Shown piece after piece: positions 1 through 11,139 of a stretch of DNA of 64,000 nt (its first letter is position 1; each line of letters begins with the position of its first letter). Both the position numbers and the translations under genes were made by a program. This DNA comes from Candidatus Latescibacterota bacterium (GTDB taxonomy: Bacteria > Latescibacterota > CBDEFO01): the NCBI GenBank assembly GCA_965248755.1, contig OZ252149.1, positions 4,064,001 to 4,128,000 of the forward strand. The letters are read 5' to 3'. The notes under the pieces were generated by a model. It was not told the DNA's origin, did not search any database, and saw only the letters and a list, made by a program, of their open reading frames with translations.

Positions 1-155
1 CAAGCTGAGAAGATCATATCTCAGTGGATCGATAATTACGACAAGAACCGTCTTCATTCATCCCTGGGATACAAGACCCTGCAAGAATGGAGAAAACAAT
101 AATATCTGCTACCCCAAGTTGCTTAATCGGTGTCGCTTTCCAGGGGGGCAGTACA
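1..155 (+). mobile_element. IS3-family element, copy 1 (right end only; continues beyond window start)
   Basis: Matches the 3' end of orfB of the other copies and ends in ...GGGGGGCAGTACA at 155; carries a premature TAA (RKQ* instead of RKQFYLLPQVA). Confidence 0.9.
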
Positions 156-163
156 GTCTTGTT

Positions 164-2034
164 TCAGTTATTACTACCTGCTAACAATTCCTTATTAACA
201 TCCCAACCACTTCTCTGCAGTGCTTCTTCTTGTCCGGTAATACTATCCTTATGAACCGCAATGCAAAGGAGACGAGATGGACGTGACATCCCTACAAAAG
301 CCATTTTTAGATTTTGAATTACTCTTTCTTTTGGCTTAGTATGCTCTCCCTTTATATAATTTATTATTCGCTTAATGTCATAGTCATAAAAGAAAGTTTC
401 AAGGTAACATGTTGCCGTATGGGTTTCGCCTTTGACACCATGAATAGTTGAAACTTCTATGTCGATATCAGTTGTTCCAGAAGAATATTTGTAGATGTTA
501 TTGCTCGAATGGGTTTCTTCATCATCCGCTTCCAAATCTGATGAATTTATAAAGATTGTAAGTTCAACATTCACCTGATAATTAAAAAACTCCTTAAATT
601 CATTGGTTAGATAATGTTTTATTTCTTCAAAAACTTCTTCTTGCCTGTGTATCTTCAAACACCAATTGGCGAGCCTTACCCTAAAATCCTGGTAAAAATC
701 CGAGTTTTTTTCTGATATATATTTATGCAGTTTTTTCTCTGTGAATGCCCTTCCATCGTCAGTTACTCCTGCAATTCTTAAGCACTTTAAGAAAGCTTCC
801 CCTAACCTCTTCTTGTAAAAATTAACTCCATTAGATGAAATAAAACTATCAGATTGTGGAGCTAAATAACTTTTTAGATTACTAAATTCAGTTTTTTTAA
901 CTTTTATTTCTTTGGAGTAGCCGTCCCAATAACTTGGTATAGTTCTTTTTGTGTCATGCGGTTTTCCACGCCATCCAACTGCTTTAAATACCCTTTTCTC
1001 ATTCTGATGTAGATTATTTCTGATAATTATTTCACCGAATTTATCTAATACCTGCTGAATAGTATAATCATCATAAACAATGATAACAGGAGTAATTTCA
1101 TTTTGCCTGCCATTTCCCGTTATTGTCTGCCGGAAAACACAAAGTTTTTCAACCTTGCTTGCTATAGCGTTAGAAAATCTTTTACTACCTGTAATACACA
1201 TAGTTCTGTCGTCAATTACTGCCCAACCGCATTCCAAGTTAGGGTCATAGTCAAATATTGATTGATTTAAATCACCTATTTTTTGAATAACAACATTATC
1301 ATTGAATATTTTATTCATCAGTTCGGACTGTATTGTACTTGAATCCTGCATTTCATCTATGAAAACATAGGCAAATCTTTTTGCAAATACGTTTTTCAAA
1401 TTAGGGTGCTTTTCAATGTGTCTTTCTGCTATATAATATGCATCATCATAGCTTAGTATTCCATCCAAAAGTATCCGTTCTTTTAGTCTTAGCAATCTAT
1501 CATAGTGTGCTCTTTGAGTTGTATCATTTGAATCTAATTTAAGTCTTTTACATATACCATTATCATCCAGGGAAAAATCTTCAAATCTAAGTGAATAAGG
1601 CAAATCTTTATGACCGCTCTGATAGCAAAATGCATTTGTTTTTCTACCTAAATATTTTCTCGTTCTTTCCATCCTATCAAGATAAATTTCGTTGTTTATG
1701 AATAATGGTCTTCGGTTGAACTGATTGATATACGTCGGTATCGCAAGATATTTATCCACGAAACTTTGAATTGTCCCAAAATGATTTGGGTAATTAGAGA
1801 GCTTTTTAGAAGCAAAGTAAGCGTGGCTTTTTATTTCATTTATAGCCACATTTGTGTGAGTTAATACGCAAATACCCCTATTATTTTCAAGAGGCATTTG
1901 CCGGGACAAAATCAACAACTTGGCAATCAAAGCCTTTGTTTTACCACTACCCGGGCAGGCAAGAATATCTTTGGTTTCAAAACATTTTATTACTACCTTT
2001 TGTTCTTTATCGAAGTGCTCACCGGGCGGTAAAA
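164..2034 (-). pseudogene. UvrD/REP-family helicase, Gabija GajB-like; 5' end disrupted by IS insertions
   Basis: Frame is open upstream of the listed TTG to the IS edge and contains Walker A (ACPGSGKT); also LTHTN, FIDEMQD, IGDLNQSI, STIHGVKGETH and FVGMSR motifs; AT-rich; further N-terminal codons lie at 3323-3350. Confidence 0.8.
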
Positions 2035-3322
2035 TGTACTGCCCCCCAGAAAAGCGACATCAATTAAGCAACTTGGGGTAGCAGATAAAATTGTTTTCTC
2101 CACTCTTCCGGGGTCTTGTATCCCAGAGATGAATGAAGCCAGTTCTTGTTGTAATTATCGATCCACTGAGATATGATCTTCTCAGCTTGTTCAAAGGACT
2201 TGAAATTGTGAAGCCACACACACTCCTGCTTGAGGGTCCTGAAAAAACGTTCTATGACCCCGTTCCAATCGGCCTTTCCGCTCGGAATATATTCTTGACG
2301 AATGTCCCAATATTCGGTACTTGCCAAATAGGTCCGAGACAAAAAGATGGAGCCGTTGTCAGAGCGCAAAGTGAGACCCTGGGGGACAGCCTCCTTAGGA
2401 AGTGTATCGAGAGATCACGGCCCGATCCAGGGCATCTGTGGCCTCCAGTGCCCTCCCTTTTCGACTAAAACGATACCCGGGGAACCTCCCGACTCCCGTT
2501 GTCCACCACCGCAATAAGAGGACACCAACCATCTTCCCCACAATAGATCTTGGTCAAGTCAGCCGACCAGAGACTGTCAGGACGATCCATCACAGAACGC
2601 TTCTGGGCAACCTGTGGCCCCTTTCTCCCGGGGTCCCCGATTGATTCTATCGGGGATTCCACAGCTTACACTGCCACCCCTTAAGCTTCATTATCCTATG
2701 AACCTTCTTGATGTTGACATATGCCCCTTCCTTGAAACGAAGATGCGCCCAAACCCGCCTGTGACCAAATGCCTCTTCTTGGTCGAGTATCCCTCGAATA
2801 CGAAAAGCAAGCTGTTCATCTATCACAGACTCTTCGACAGAAGAACTGACACCTCTATACCTAAGCCTACACAGAGTCGAACGATGCAAACCCAAAGCCA
2901 AAGCTACCACCTTCCGGGAATAGCCTCGACCCAAAAACCGCTCACTCAAGGCAACCGCTTCGTTTTTTTTAGACGGGCTACCTCCTCGAGTATCTCCAAC
3001 TGGAGGGTTAAGTGCCCTACCTTACGCTCCAACCGGCTGACCTCCCGCTCCTTCGCATCCTTGCGACCACGCCGAGACTTCAGACTCTCCTGGCCTCCTT
3101 CCAAGAAACTATCACGCCAAGCATACGCCTGTGACTGGCTAATTCCATTCTTCCAACACACCTCTGATACATTCGCTCCTTTCAAAACAGCCAACACCAC
3201 CTCTACCTTACGGGTCGCCGTCCAGCGCTTACCATCTTTCACTTCGGGGCTTGACACCTTGACCTCCTTTCTCAAACCCCAATTTGCAAAATATTTGTCG
3301 CCCTGTCAAGGGGAGCGGTATG
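2035..3322 (-). mobile_element. IS3-family element, copy 2 (orfA intact 2946-3275; orfB frameshifted)
   Basis: TGTACTGCCCC...GGGGAGCGGTATG ends; AAAA duplication (2031-2034 / 3323-3326); 1288 bp versus 1266 in sisters, from two +1 indels and a net +20-bp palindrome insertion. Confidence 0.95.
2635..2655. repeat. Short palindromic element CCCCGATTGATTCTATCGGGG inserted in IS orfB
   Basis: Absent from the same position in copies 3, 5 and 6 (cccgggacgattcc). Confidence 0.9.
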
Positions 3323-3379
3323 AAAAGAATTCTTTCTGCCCAAGAAATATTGTACTGCTTCCCAGGAAAGCGACACCAA

Positions 3380-4243
3380 TTAAGCAACCTGGGGTAGTAG
3401 ATAAAATTGTTTTCTCCACTCTTTTGGGGTCTTATATCCCAGGGATGAATGAAGCCTGTTCTTGTTGTAATTATCGATCCACTGAGATATGATCTTCTCA
3501 GCCTGTTCAAAGGATTCAAACTTGTGAAGCCAAACACACTCTTGCTTGAGGGTCCTGAAAAAACGCTCTACAACACCGTTCCAATCGGGTTTACCACTTG
3601 GTATGTATTCCTGACGAATTCCCCAATATTCGGTACTGGCCAAATAGGCCCGAGCCAAAAAGATGGAACCATTGTCAGAGCGCAAAGTGAGACCCTGGGG
3701 GACAGCCTCCTTGGAAGTGTATCGAGAGATCACGGCCCGATCCAGGGCATCTGTGGCCTCCAGTGCCCTCCCTTTTCGACTAAAACGATACCCAGGAACC
3801 TCCCGGCTTCCGTTGTCCACCACCGCAATAAGAGGACACCAACCATCTTTTCCACAGTAAATCTTTGTCAAGTCACTCGACCACAAACTGTCGGGACTAT
3901 CCACCACAGAACGCTTCTGGGCAACCTGTGGCCCCTTTCTCCCGGGACGATTCCACAGCTTACACTGCCACCCCTTAAGCTTCATTATCCTATGAACCTT
4001 CTTAACGTTGACACATTCCCCTTCCTTGAAACGAAGATGCGCCCAAACCCGCCTGTGACCAAATGCCTCTTCTTGGTCCAGTATCCCTCGAATACGAAAA
4101 GCAAGCTCCTCATCTATCACAGGCTCTTTAACAGAAGAACTGACACCTCTATCCCTAAACCTATACAGAGTCGAACGATGCAAACCCAAAGCCAAAGCTA
4201 CCACCTTGCGGGAATAGCCTCGACCCAAAAACCGCCCACTCAA
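3380..4243 (-). CDS. IS3-family transposase OrfB (DDE integrase core)
   Basis: WSSDLT, VVDNGSRE, RSDNGS and NGVVERFFRTLKQE motifs. Confidence 0.93.
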   Translation of the reverse strand: MSGRFLGRGYSRKVVALALGLHRSTLYRFRDRGVSSSVKEPVIDEELAFRIRGILDQEEAFGHRRVWAHLRFKEGECVNVKKVHRIMKLKGWQCKLWNRPGRKGPQVAQKRSVVDSPDSLWSSDLTKIYCGKDGWCPLIAVVDNGSREVPGYRFSRKGRALEATDALDRAVISRYTSKEAVPQGLTLRSDNGSIFLARAYLASTEYWGIRQEYIPSGKPDWNGVVERFFRTLKQECVWLHKFESFEQAEKIISQWIDNYNKNRLHSSLGYKTPKEWRKQFYLLPQVA

Positions 4244-4569
4244 GGCAACCGCTTCGTTTTTTTTAGACGGGCTACCTCTTCGAGTATCTCCAACTGGAGC
4301 GTCAACTGCCCTACCTTGCGCTCCAACCGGCTAACCTCTCGCTCCTTCGGATCCTTGCGACCACGCCGAGACTTCAGACTCTCCTGGCCCCCTTCTAAGA
4401 AACTATCACGCCAAGCATACGCCTGCGACTGGCTAATTCCATTCTTACGACACACCTCAGATAGATCTGCTCCTCTCAAAAGAGCCAACACAATCTCTCC
4501 CTTACGGGTCGCCGTCCAGCGCTTACCATCTTTCACTTCGGGGCTCGACACCTTGACCTCCCTTCTCAA
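4240..4569 (-). CDS. IS3-family transposase OrfA (HTH plus coiled coil)
   Basis: HTH-like SEVCRKNGISQSQAYAWR; overlaps orfB in the -1 frame, with an A8 run just upstream. Confidence 0.9.
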   Translation of the reverse strand: MRREVKVSSPEVKDGKRWTATRKGEIVLALLRGADLSEVCRKNGISQSQAYAWRDSFLEGGQESLKSRRGRKDPKEREVSRLERKVGQLTLQLEILEEVARLKKTKRLP

Positions 4570-4616
4570 ACCCCAATTTGCGAAATATTTGTCGCTCTGT
4601 CAAGGGGAGCGGTATG

Positions 4617-5425
4617 TAGTAGACAAAGTGGCGTCGAGCTATACACTTTACTGGAACATAGTTTCTATACTTGATACTCTAACGACATGGTTTGTACTTT
4701 ACAAAATTCCCTTTTGGATTAGACTGATAGTTCTTATTTTGGTTATATCAATAATGATGGCGATGTCGGTGTTTCTCCATTACAAGCTCAAGAAGCAGGC
4801 CAATATCGAGTTGATGTACGTACGGTCTGCAGGTGTTTTTTTGCTAGTCTATGTCCTCTTTTTGCTTACTCATATAACGATCGTTGACATTTCCCTCTTC
4901 AACTCACTAAGAATTAGTAGGTATTTGACACCGATGTATGTCCCCCTCATGTTTTTGGTGTTCATAGGAATAGAAGACGCGTTAAACTTGTTGAATCGAC
5001 TCTTCAGAAAGAAGGGGTCAGGAAATTTCATAGTTATTGGGCTATGCACTCTTTGGCTGATGTATCCCCTTGCCCGTATTTGTAGGATGGTTCCGTTTTA
5101 TATTCAAGCCGGTACCGGCACATTTAATACAGCTACTTGGAGAAAGTCACCTCTCATGGAACGGATGCGAATTCATCCGTTAGAAGGTAAGATTTATAGT
5201 AACGCACCTCAAGCTATATATATTCTAACCGGAACTCCTGCGCAGTGGCTTCCAGATATTTCGACATTAAGGGAATCTATGTCATCAAGGAATAATAACT
5301 ATCTTGTCTGCTCTAATACATACGGCAATAAAGATTGCAACTATATATTGCAAGGACTTGCTCCCATGTTCCAAATTGAAGAAATAGCGACATTTTCCGA
5401 TGGAGGGATCTATCTTTTCAAATAA
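4617..5425 (+). pseudogene. 3' remnant of a polytopic membrane protein (GT-C/ArnT-like glycosyltransferase), 5' part removed at the IS edge
   Basis: Open frame starts at the IS boundary with no start codon; TM segments, RYLTPMYVP and IYSNAPQAIYILTG resemble the C-terminal half of 9411-11074. Confidence 0.65.
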
Positions 5426-5493
5426 GAGGAGCAGAGAATACCTCCTGATATACAGCATGTTTGCCGGTGGGTTAAGACAAAGAGGAGAACTTA

Positions 5494-6542
5494 ATGAGTA
5501 AGCCTACACATACCACAATTTTAGGCGGTGCTCCGTCCGGTCTGGCAGTGGGATACTATGCTAAAAAGAACAAGTTACCGTTTACGATGTATGAGGCAAG
5601 TAGTCGAATGGGAGGGAACTGCATTAGCTTAAAGCGTGGGGGTTTTCTCTTTGATTCAGGAGCAGATCGGTTTCATGACAAATATGCAGATGTAACTGAA
5701 GAAGTAAAAAAGCTTCTCGGGGAAGCTCTGAGAAAAATCAATGCTCTGAGCCAGATCTACCACAATGGATAATTCATAGGTTTTCCACTTTCATCGCCGA
5801 ATTTATTGAAAAATATCGGGTTATACGCCTTTGTCAAAGCTGGACTCGAACTGGTAGGCTCAAGGTTGAGAGAAGTAGAAGTGGATGAGAACTTTGAAAG
5901 TTGTGAGCTATATACTTATGGAAGGACAACAGCTGATCGTTTCTTGCTCAATTATTCTGAAAAATTGTGGCGTGCTCCCTGCAATAGGCTTTCCCAAAAA
6001 ATTGGGGGAAGAAGATTAAGTAGACTCAATTTGACGACTTTTAACAAGGAGGCGAACTTCGGTCGAAAGGCCAGAACAGAATATTTAGACGGTTCCTTTT
6101 ATTACCCTAAAGGAGGGTATGGTACTATTGCGCAAAAATTGGGAGAATCTTGCGAGTAGGAAAATATTAATATGTGAACCGAAAACAGAAGTATACGCAT
6201 GTCTCCTCCGGGGAAGACCTCACTGGTTGCGTAGATCCCTAGTCGAGGAGGTGACTAATCTGGGAATCTGGGAGATGATAAATCGCTTCGGATGATTCGT
6301 TTACAAATTACCGATGTCGGTTTGATAAAGGAAGAGGAAGTCATAGACGCCTCAGTTATCAGAATAAGTTATGCCTATCCTATATTGGAAATAGGTTATG
6401 AGCAGAAGATTCAAAAACTTATGGCTTTTCTGAAGAATTTTGACAATCTGAAGATTTCAGGTAGGAACGGAAACTTTATGTACACTCACCTTCACGATAT
6501 GATGAAATTTCGCAAAGAAATTATTGCAGAGTACATTTCTCA
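5494..6542 (+). pseudogene. FAD-dependent oxidoreductase (UDP-galactopyranose mutase/amine-oxidase-like), degraded
   Basis: Degenerate dinucleotide-binding start (ILGGAPSGL...YEASSRMGG...FDSGA), FYYPKGGYG and GRNGNFMY; in-frame stops near 5770 and 6157, internal deletion, truncated by an IS. Confidence 0.75.
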
Positions 6543-7085
6543 CATACCGCTTCCTTTGACAGAGAGACACGTATTTTGCAAATTGGGAATTGAGAATGGA
6601 GGTCAAAGTGTCAAGCCCCGAAGTGAAAGATGCTAAGCGTTGGACGGTGACTCGTAAGGCAGAGGCTGTGTTGGCTCGTTTGAAAGGAGGGGATGTATCG
6701 GCAGTACGTCGGGAAAATGGAATTAGCCCGTCGCAGGTGTATACTTGGCGTGATAGTTTCTCAGGGGCAGGCCAGGAGAGTTTGAAGTCCCGGCGTGGTC
6801 GCAAGGATCTGAGGGAGCGGGAGATTAATCCCCGATAGAATCAGTTGGGTATTGGAACGGTGTGATAGAGCTCTTTTTCAGGACGCTCAAGCAAGAGTGT
6901 GTCTGGCTTCACAATCTTGAATCGTTTGAACAAGCTGAGAAGATCATATCTCAGTGGATTGATAATTACAACAAGATACGTCTCGATTTATCCCTGGGAC
7001 ATAAGACCACACAGCTGTGGAGAAAACAATTTTATCTGCTACCCCAAGTTGCTTAATCGGTATCGTTTTCCAGGGGAGCACTACA
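6543..7085 (+). mobile_element. IS3-family element, copy 4 (diverged, internally deleted, 543 bp)
   Basis: CATACCGC left end and GGGGAGCACTACA right end; keeps the orfA 5' part and orfB 3' part joined across a palindrome at 6830-6849. Confidence 0.9.
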
Positions 7086-7103
7086 ACGGTATGCTATTTT
7101 AGG

Positions 7104-7132
7104 TTGCACAATTCTGGAATATTGCATATATT
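7104..7132 (+). promoter_or_regulatory. Putative sigma70 promoter of the glycosylation cluster
   Basis: TTGCAC-N17-TATATT, 62 bp upstream of the ATG at 7195. Confidence 0.5.
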
Positions 7133-7194
7133 TTTACACTGTTTTTAACCAAGCAGGTCAAATAAATATTTGCGGGTTCTAAAGGATAGAAAAG

Positions 7195-8349
7195 ATGCGA
7201 ATCTTCATAGCGGGGATGGATGGCTACTTGGGGTGGCCCTTGGCGATGTACCTCAGCAGCAGGGGATATGGCGTAGCAGGGGTGGACTTCTTTTTAAGGA
7301 GAAAATGGGTTGAAGAGATGGGTTGCTGGAGTGCGACTCCGATCTGCTCCATGGAAGAACGCCTCAAAGCCTTCGAGGAGGTCTCCGGAAAGAGACTTGA
7401 ATTTGCAAAAGGCGATATTATAGAGTACGAATTTGTCAAAGGCGTTCTGGACGACTTCAAACCGGACGCTATCGTCCACCTCGGAGAGCAACCCTCCGCT
7501 CCCTACAGCATGATCGACATAGATCATGCCGCCTTCACACAGAACAACAACATCATCGGAACCCTCAACATCCTCTACGCCATGAAAGATGTCTGTCCCA
7601 AGGCCCATCTTATCAAGCTCGGCACAATGGGCGAATACGGGACCCCCAATATAGATATCCCCGAAGGTTTCTTCACCATCGAATACAGAGGCAGAAAGGA
7701 CACCCTTCCGTTTCCTCGACAGGCTGGGAGCTGGTATCATCAAAGCAAAGTTCATGACAGCAATAATATAACCTTTGCCTGCAGGATCTGGGAGATTAGA
7801 AGCACCGACCTTATGCAGGGGCCCGTTTACGGCACAAGGACAGAGGAGACAGCTGCTGACGAACGCCTCGTCACAAGGTTCGATTTCGACGCAGCCTTCG
7901 GAACAGCCTTAAATAGATTCTGCTCTCAGGCCGTCGCAGGACATCCACTAACCCCTTACGGAAGTGGAAATCAGAAAAGGGGATTCATAAATATCATAGA
8001 CTCCTTGCGCTCTATTGAACTTGCCATCCTCAATCCTCCCAAAAGGGGAGAATACAGGGTCTTCAATCTGTTCACAGAGGTTTTTTCTCTCAACCAATTG
8101 GCCCAAAACGTAAAGAAAGCCGTAGAAAGGATCGGAATCAAAGTCTCAATCGAACCTATGCAAAACCCGAGAGTTGAAAGCGAAGACCACTACTACAACC
8201 CCGACCATCAGAAACTCTTGGACTTGGGGTTAGAACCACACAGTATGTCGGATGCGCTCCTGGACATGCTCTCTGACTTGATGAAATACAAAGACAGAAT
8301 CATTGCAAGACAAAACCAGTTTATTCCTAAGATCAGATGGAGTAAGTAG
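7195..8349 (+). CDS. sqdB: UDP-sulfoquinovose synthase (SqdB/Agl3 family)
   Basis: GMDGYLGWP, HLGEQPSAPYSM, KLGTMGEYGTP, SWYHQSKVHDS, DLMQGPVYG and GTALNRFC are family-typical. Confidence 0.92.
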   Translation: MRIFIAGMDGYLGWPLAMYLSSRGYGVAGVDFFLRRKWVEEMGCWSATPICSMEERLKAFEEVSGKRLEFAKGDIIEYEFVKGVLDDFKPDAIVHLGEQPSAPYSMIDIDHAAFTQNNNIIGTLNILYAMKDVCPKAHLIKLGTMGEYGTPNIDIPEGFFTIEYRGRKDTLPFPRQAGSWYHQSKVHDSNNITFACRIWEIRSTDLMQGPVYGTRTEETAADERLVTRFDFDAAFGTALNRFCSQAVAGHPLTPYGSGNQKRGFINIIDSLRSIELAILNPPKRGEYRVFNLFTEVFSLNQLAQNVKKAVERIGIKVSIEPMQNPRVESEDHYYNPDHQKLLDLGLEPHSMSDALLDMLSDLMKYKDRIIARQNQFIPKIRWSK

Positions 8350-8354
8350 ATAAA

Positions 8355-9401
8355 ATGAGTAGTCTGCGTATCATAGGAATAGTTTTAAGCATCATAATCT
8401 TTGTCTTCTCAATCGCAAAGAACAAGAAGAGGCAGTTCAGAAAGCCCGACCTGTTTTGGGGAACGCTTGTCTCTGCATCCATCTTCCTCATATCCCTGGA
8501 GCCCGACATCATCCGTTCTGCCGCCGACATCCTTGCAGGAAGATATGAAAAGACCGGCAGACTGCTCTCTCTGGTTATAATCTTCAACTTCTTCATGCTC
8601 TTTATGATCCTCCGCCTCATCTCCAAGATCAACCTCACAGACCGCCGATTAGGAGATCTCGTTCAGGATTTAGCAGTTTCGGACTTCTCAAGGCAGTTCC
8701 CGGAGGGCGAATTCGAGCGCAAGATCGTAGCGGTTATTCCCGCCTACAACGAAGAGTCAAACCTCAATAGTCTGCTCAACCAGATGCCGAAACAAGTCTT
8801 CGACTACGATATAGAGGCCCTCGTAGTAGTGGATGGATCCACAGACAATACCGAAAGAATCGCAAGACAGATGGGATTGTCTGTCATAGTCCACAGGATA
8901 AATAGAGGAGGCGGAGCCGCTCTCAGGGCAGGATATAAGGTAGCGCTGCAAAAGAACGCCGAGATCGTCGTTACGCTCGACGCCGACGGACAACACCTCC
9001 CTTCAGAAATAGAGCGGCTCGTGGAACCCATTATAAAAGATCGGGCCGATGTTGTCAGCGGTTCCCGCATCTTAGGGGAACAGGAGAACGGAAGCCAGGT
9101 TAGACAGGCAGGTATATTCTTCTTCAACATACTCATAAGCCTCCTTCTCAGAAGGAAGATAACGGACTGCTCAAACGCCTTCAGGGCCCTTAAGGTCAGT
9201 GAGCTTGAAAAACTCGAACTTCACGAGGACCAGTTTCACACCACAGAGCTCATAATAGAGGCGATAAACAAAGGCATAAGATTTGTGGAAGTCCCCGTAA
9301 CTATCCTCAAAAGACAGAGTGGAGAGACCAAAAAGCCCGGTTCGCTAAGCTTCGGATACGGTTTCTTAAAGGCTATGCTGAAGACCTGGTGGAGAGGATA
9401 G
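8355..9401 (+). CDS. Membrane domain (DUF2304-like) fused to a GT2 (DPM-synthase-like) glycosyltransferase
   Basis: Three N-terminal TMs, then IPAYNE, VVDGSTD, GGGAAL, DADGQH and GSR motifs. Confidence 0.85.
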   Translation: MSSLRIIGIVLSIIIFVFSIAKNKKRQFRKPDLFWGTLVSASIFLISLEPDIIRSAADILAGRYEKTGRLLSLVIIFNFFMLFMILRLISKINLTDRRLGDLVQDLAVSDFSRQFPEGEFERKIVAVIPAYNEESNLNSLLNQMPKQVFDYDIEALVVVDGSTDNTERIARQMGLSVIVHRINRGGGAALRAGYKVALQKNAEIVVTLDADGQHLPSEIERLVEPIIKDRADVVSGSRILGEQENGSQVRQAGIFFFNILISLLLRRKITDCSNAFRALKVSELEKLELHEDQFHTTELIIEAINKGIRFVEVPVTILKRQSGETKKPGSLSFGYGFLKAMLKTWWRG

Positions 9402-9410
9402 GAAATTGGA

Positions 9411-11074
9411 ATGAAAATACGCGGAACGTTCTTTGGTGCTTTTCCTTACGCAATAGCGAGTCTTGTTTTGGTGCTTGCCTTCAAGGCTGTTGACTTTGGA
9501 TTCGGTTACGATTCGATAGCGTATTTGAATGCGGCAGAGAATCTCTATAGTGGCAACGGATTCAGTATGGACCTCAACATCGATGTTAGCTCCAACAATA
9601 TCACCATGGGTTCCAAGGCTTTTCTAAAACCTTACACCTGGTGGCCTCCCGGTTATCCTGTGTCCATTGTCCTTTTGACTGCCATCGGAGTCCCTCTGCG
9701 TGAGGCGGCAAGACTTGCTCCTGCCCTTTGTTATGCGAGTTTGCCTTTTGTCATATTCTGGCTGTTCGGTAAGATAGGAAAATCGGAAGTGGCTCCGTTA
9801 GTGTGTCTGTCTTTCCTAGTCTTTTATCCCCTTTTTCACGTTTCTGCAAACGCCTATTCTGAGATGCTTTATGTCTTGATGTCACTCTTGACGACTGGAT
9901 GGCTCTGGAATTCTGTGGAGTCTTGTGGAAGACGCAGATACATATCGCTTATATTGTGCGGCTTTTTTTTAGGGATGGCAGCTTTGACAAGATACATGTT
10001 TTTTTTCTGGCTTTGTCTGTAGCTGTGTTTATTCTGATTTACCGTCATCCTGTCCGTCCTATGCGGCGACGCCTTGAGGATCTCTTTATCGTTGGAGTCT
10101 GTTCGGGACTTCTGATTGTACCTTGGCTTATAAGGAATGTGATCCTTACCGGATATGTTTCAGGTGGCAGAAAGAAACTGTCTGAAGGTTTCGTTGAACC
10201 GACCAAATCCTTTGCTAGACTTTTAAGTAAGGACTTGACCGCTTCAGACATCCCTTACAGCTTCGTATCCCAGTATAGCGTTTTACTTTTTGTCTTGATG
10301 TTGGCAGTTGGGATAGGAATAGCGCTGGTATGGTGGGTCAAGCGACGGCATCCAGAATCCTTGCACGTTCCCATCGGGGATAGGATCTCAGGCGATATAC
10401 GCAAATTCTTCTCAGACCCAGAAAGTTTCCTGCCAATTTATGTGGCTGTGTTCATATTCATGTTTATCGTTCTACGCTCGATGTGGGATTTCGGCATCTA
10501 CATTAGAATGCTAGTGCCTCTTTATGTGTACATCCTGATTTTGGGATGGATCGCCTTTGCCTACATAGTAGACACGCTGGAATCCTCAAAGTGGAGATTA
10601 GCCAGATTCGCGATGTACCTATTGGCTATCTTGTTCCTGTCCCAACACGCTAAGCACTCCTGGGAGTCTTACCAGAAACTCAAAACCGGTCAAATGAAAT
10701 CAGCTTCTGCCTCAGTAGAAAGGGCAAGAAAGAGTCCGACCATAGCCTGGATCAAAGAAAATCTCGCTCCTGATGACCCGATAGTCACTAACTATGGTAG
10801 GGAGATTTACTTCTTTACGGGCCGGACTACATTGCTACCGGGCTATGGCAGTGATTGGGAAGCTTATGGGGAGTTTATAGAGCGCTGTTCCCGTCTTAAG
10901 ATAAAATACCTTGTCCTATTTAAAAGTGGCTATTCGTTTCACTTCGGACCATTTATGTCTTTACTGAAAAAACGTTTAGACAAAGGAGATTTAAAAGAGG
11001 ATATCCAGTTAATTGCCAAATTCCGTGACGCTTCGATATACCAGATAAATGGGGCTGTTTCAGGTGTTCCTTGA
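9411..11074 (+). pseudogene. GT-C (ArnT/PMT-like) membrane glycosyltransferase split by a frameshift at a T8 run
   Basis: YDSIAYLNAAENL, WPPGYP, SEMLY and ALTRY in frame 1, continuing as PWLIRN in the -1 frame; one more T at 9999-10006 fuses the ORFs. Confidence 0.75.
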
Positions 11075-11139
11075 GGATATAACGGCTGTAAAAGACAGAC
11101 TCTGAAGCTAATCACGATATTTGAGAGAGGTATTCTACA

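Larger units (their letters stand above)
3351..4616 (-). mobile_element. IS3-family element, copy 3 (complete, 1266 bp)
   Basis: Same ends; intact orfA and orfB; flanks ATAT/TAGT do not match, so no target duplication. Confidence 0.95.

Noticed and set aside
3449..5425. 658-aa ORF, and similar long ORFs at 2614, 16894 and 59678
   Set aside because: Antisense frame of the IS running into flanking DNA; only 4617-5425 is a real gene remnant
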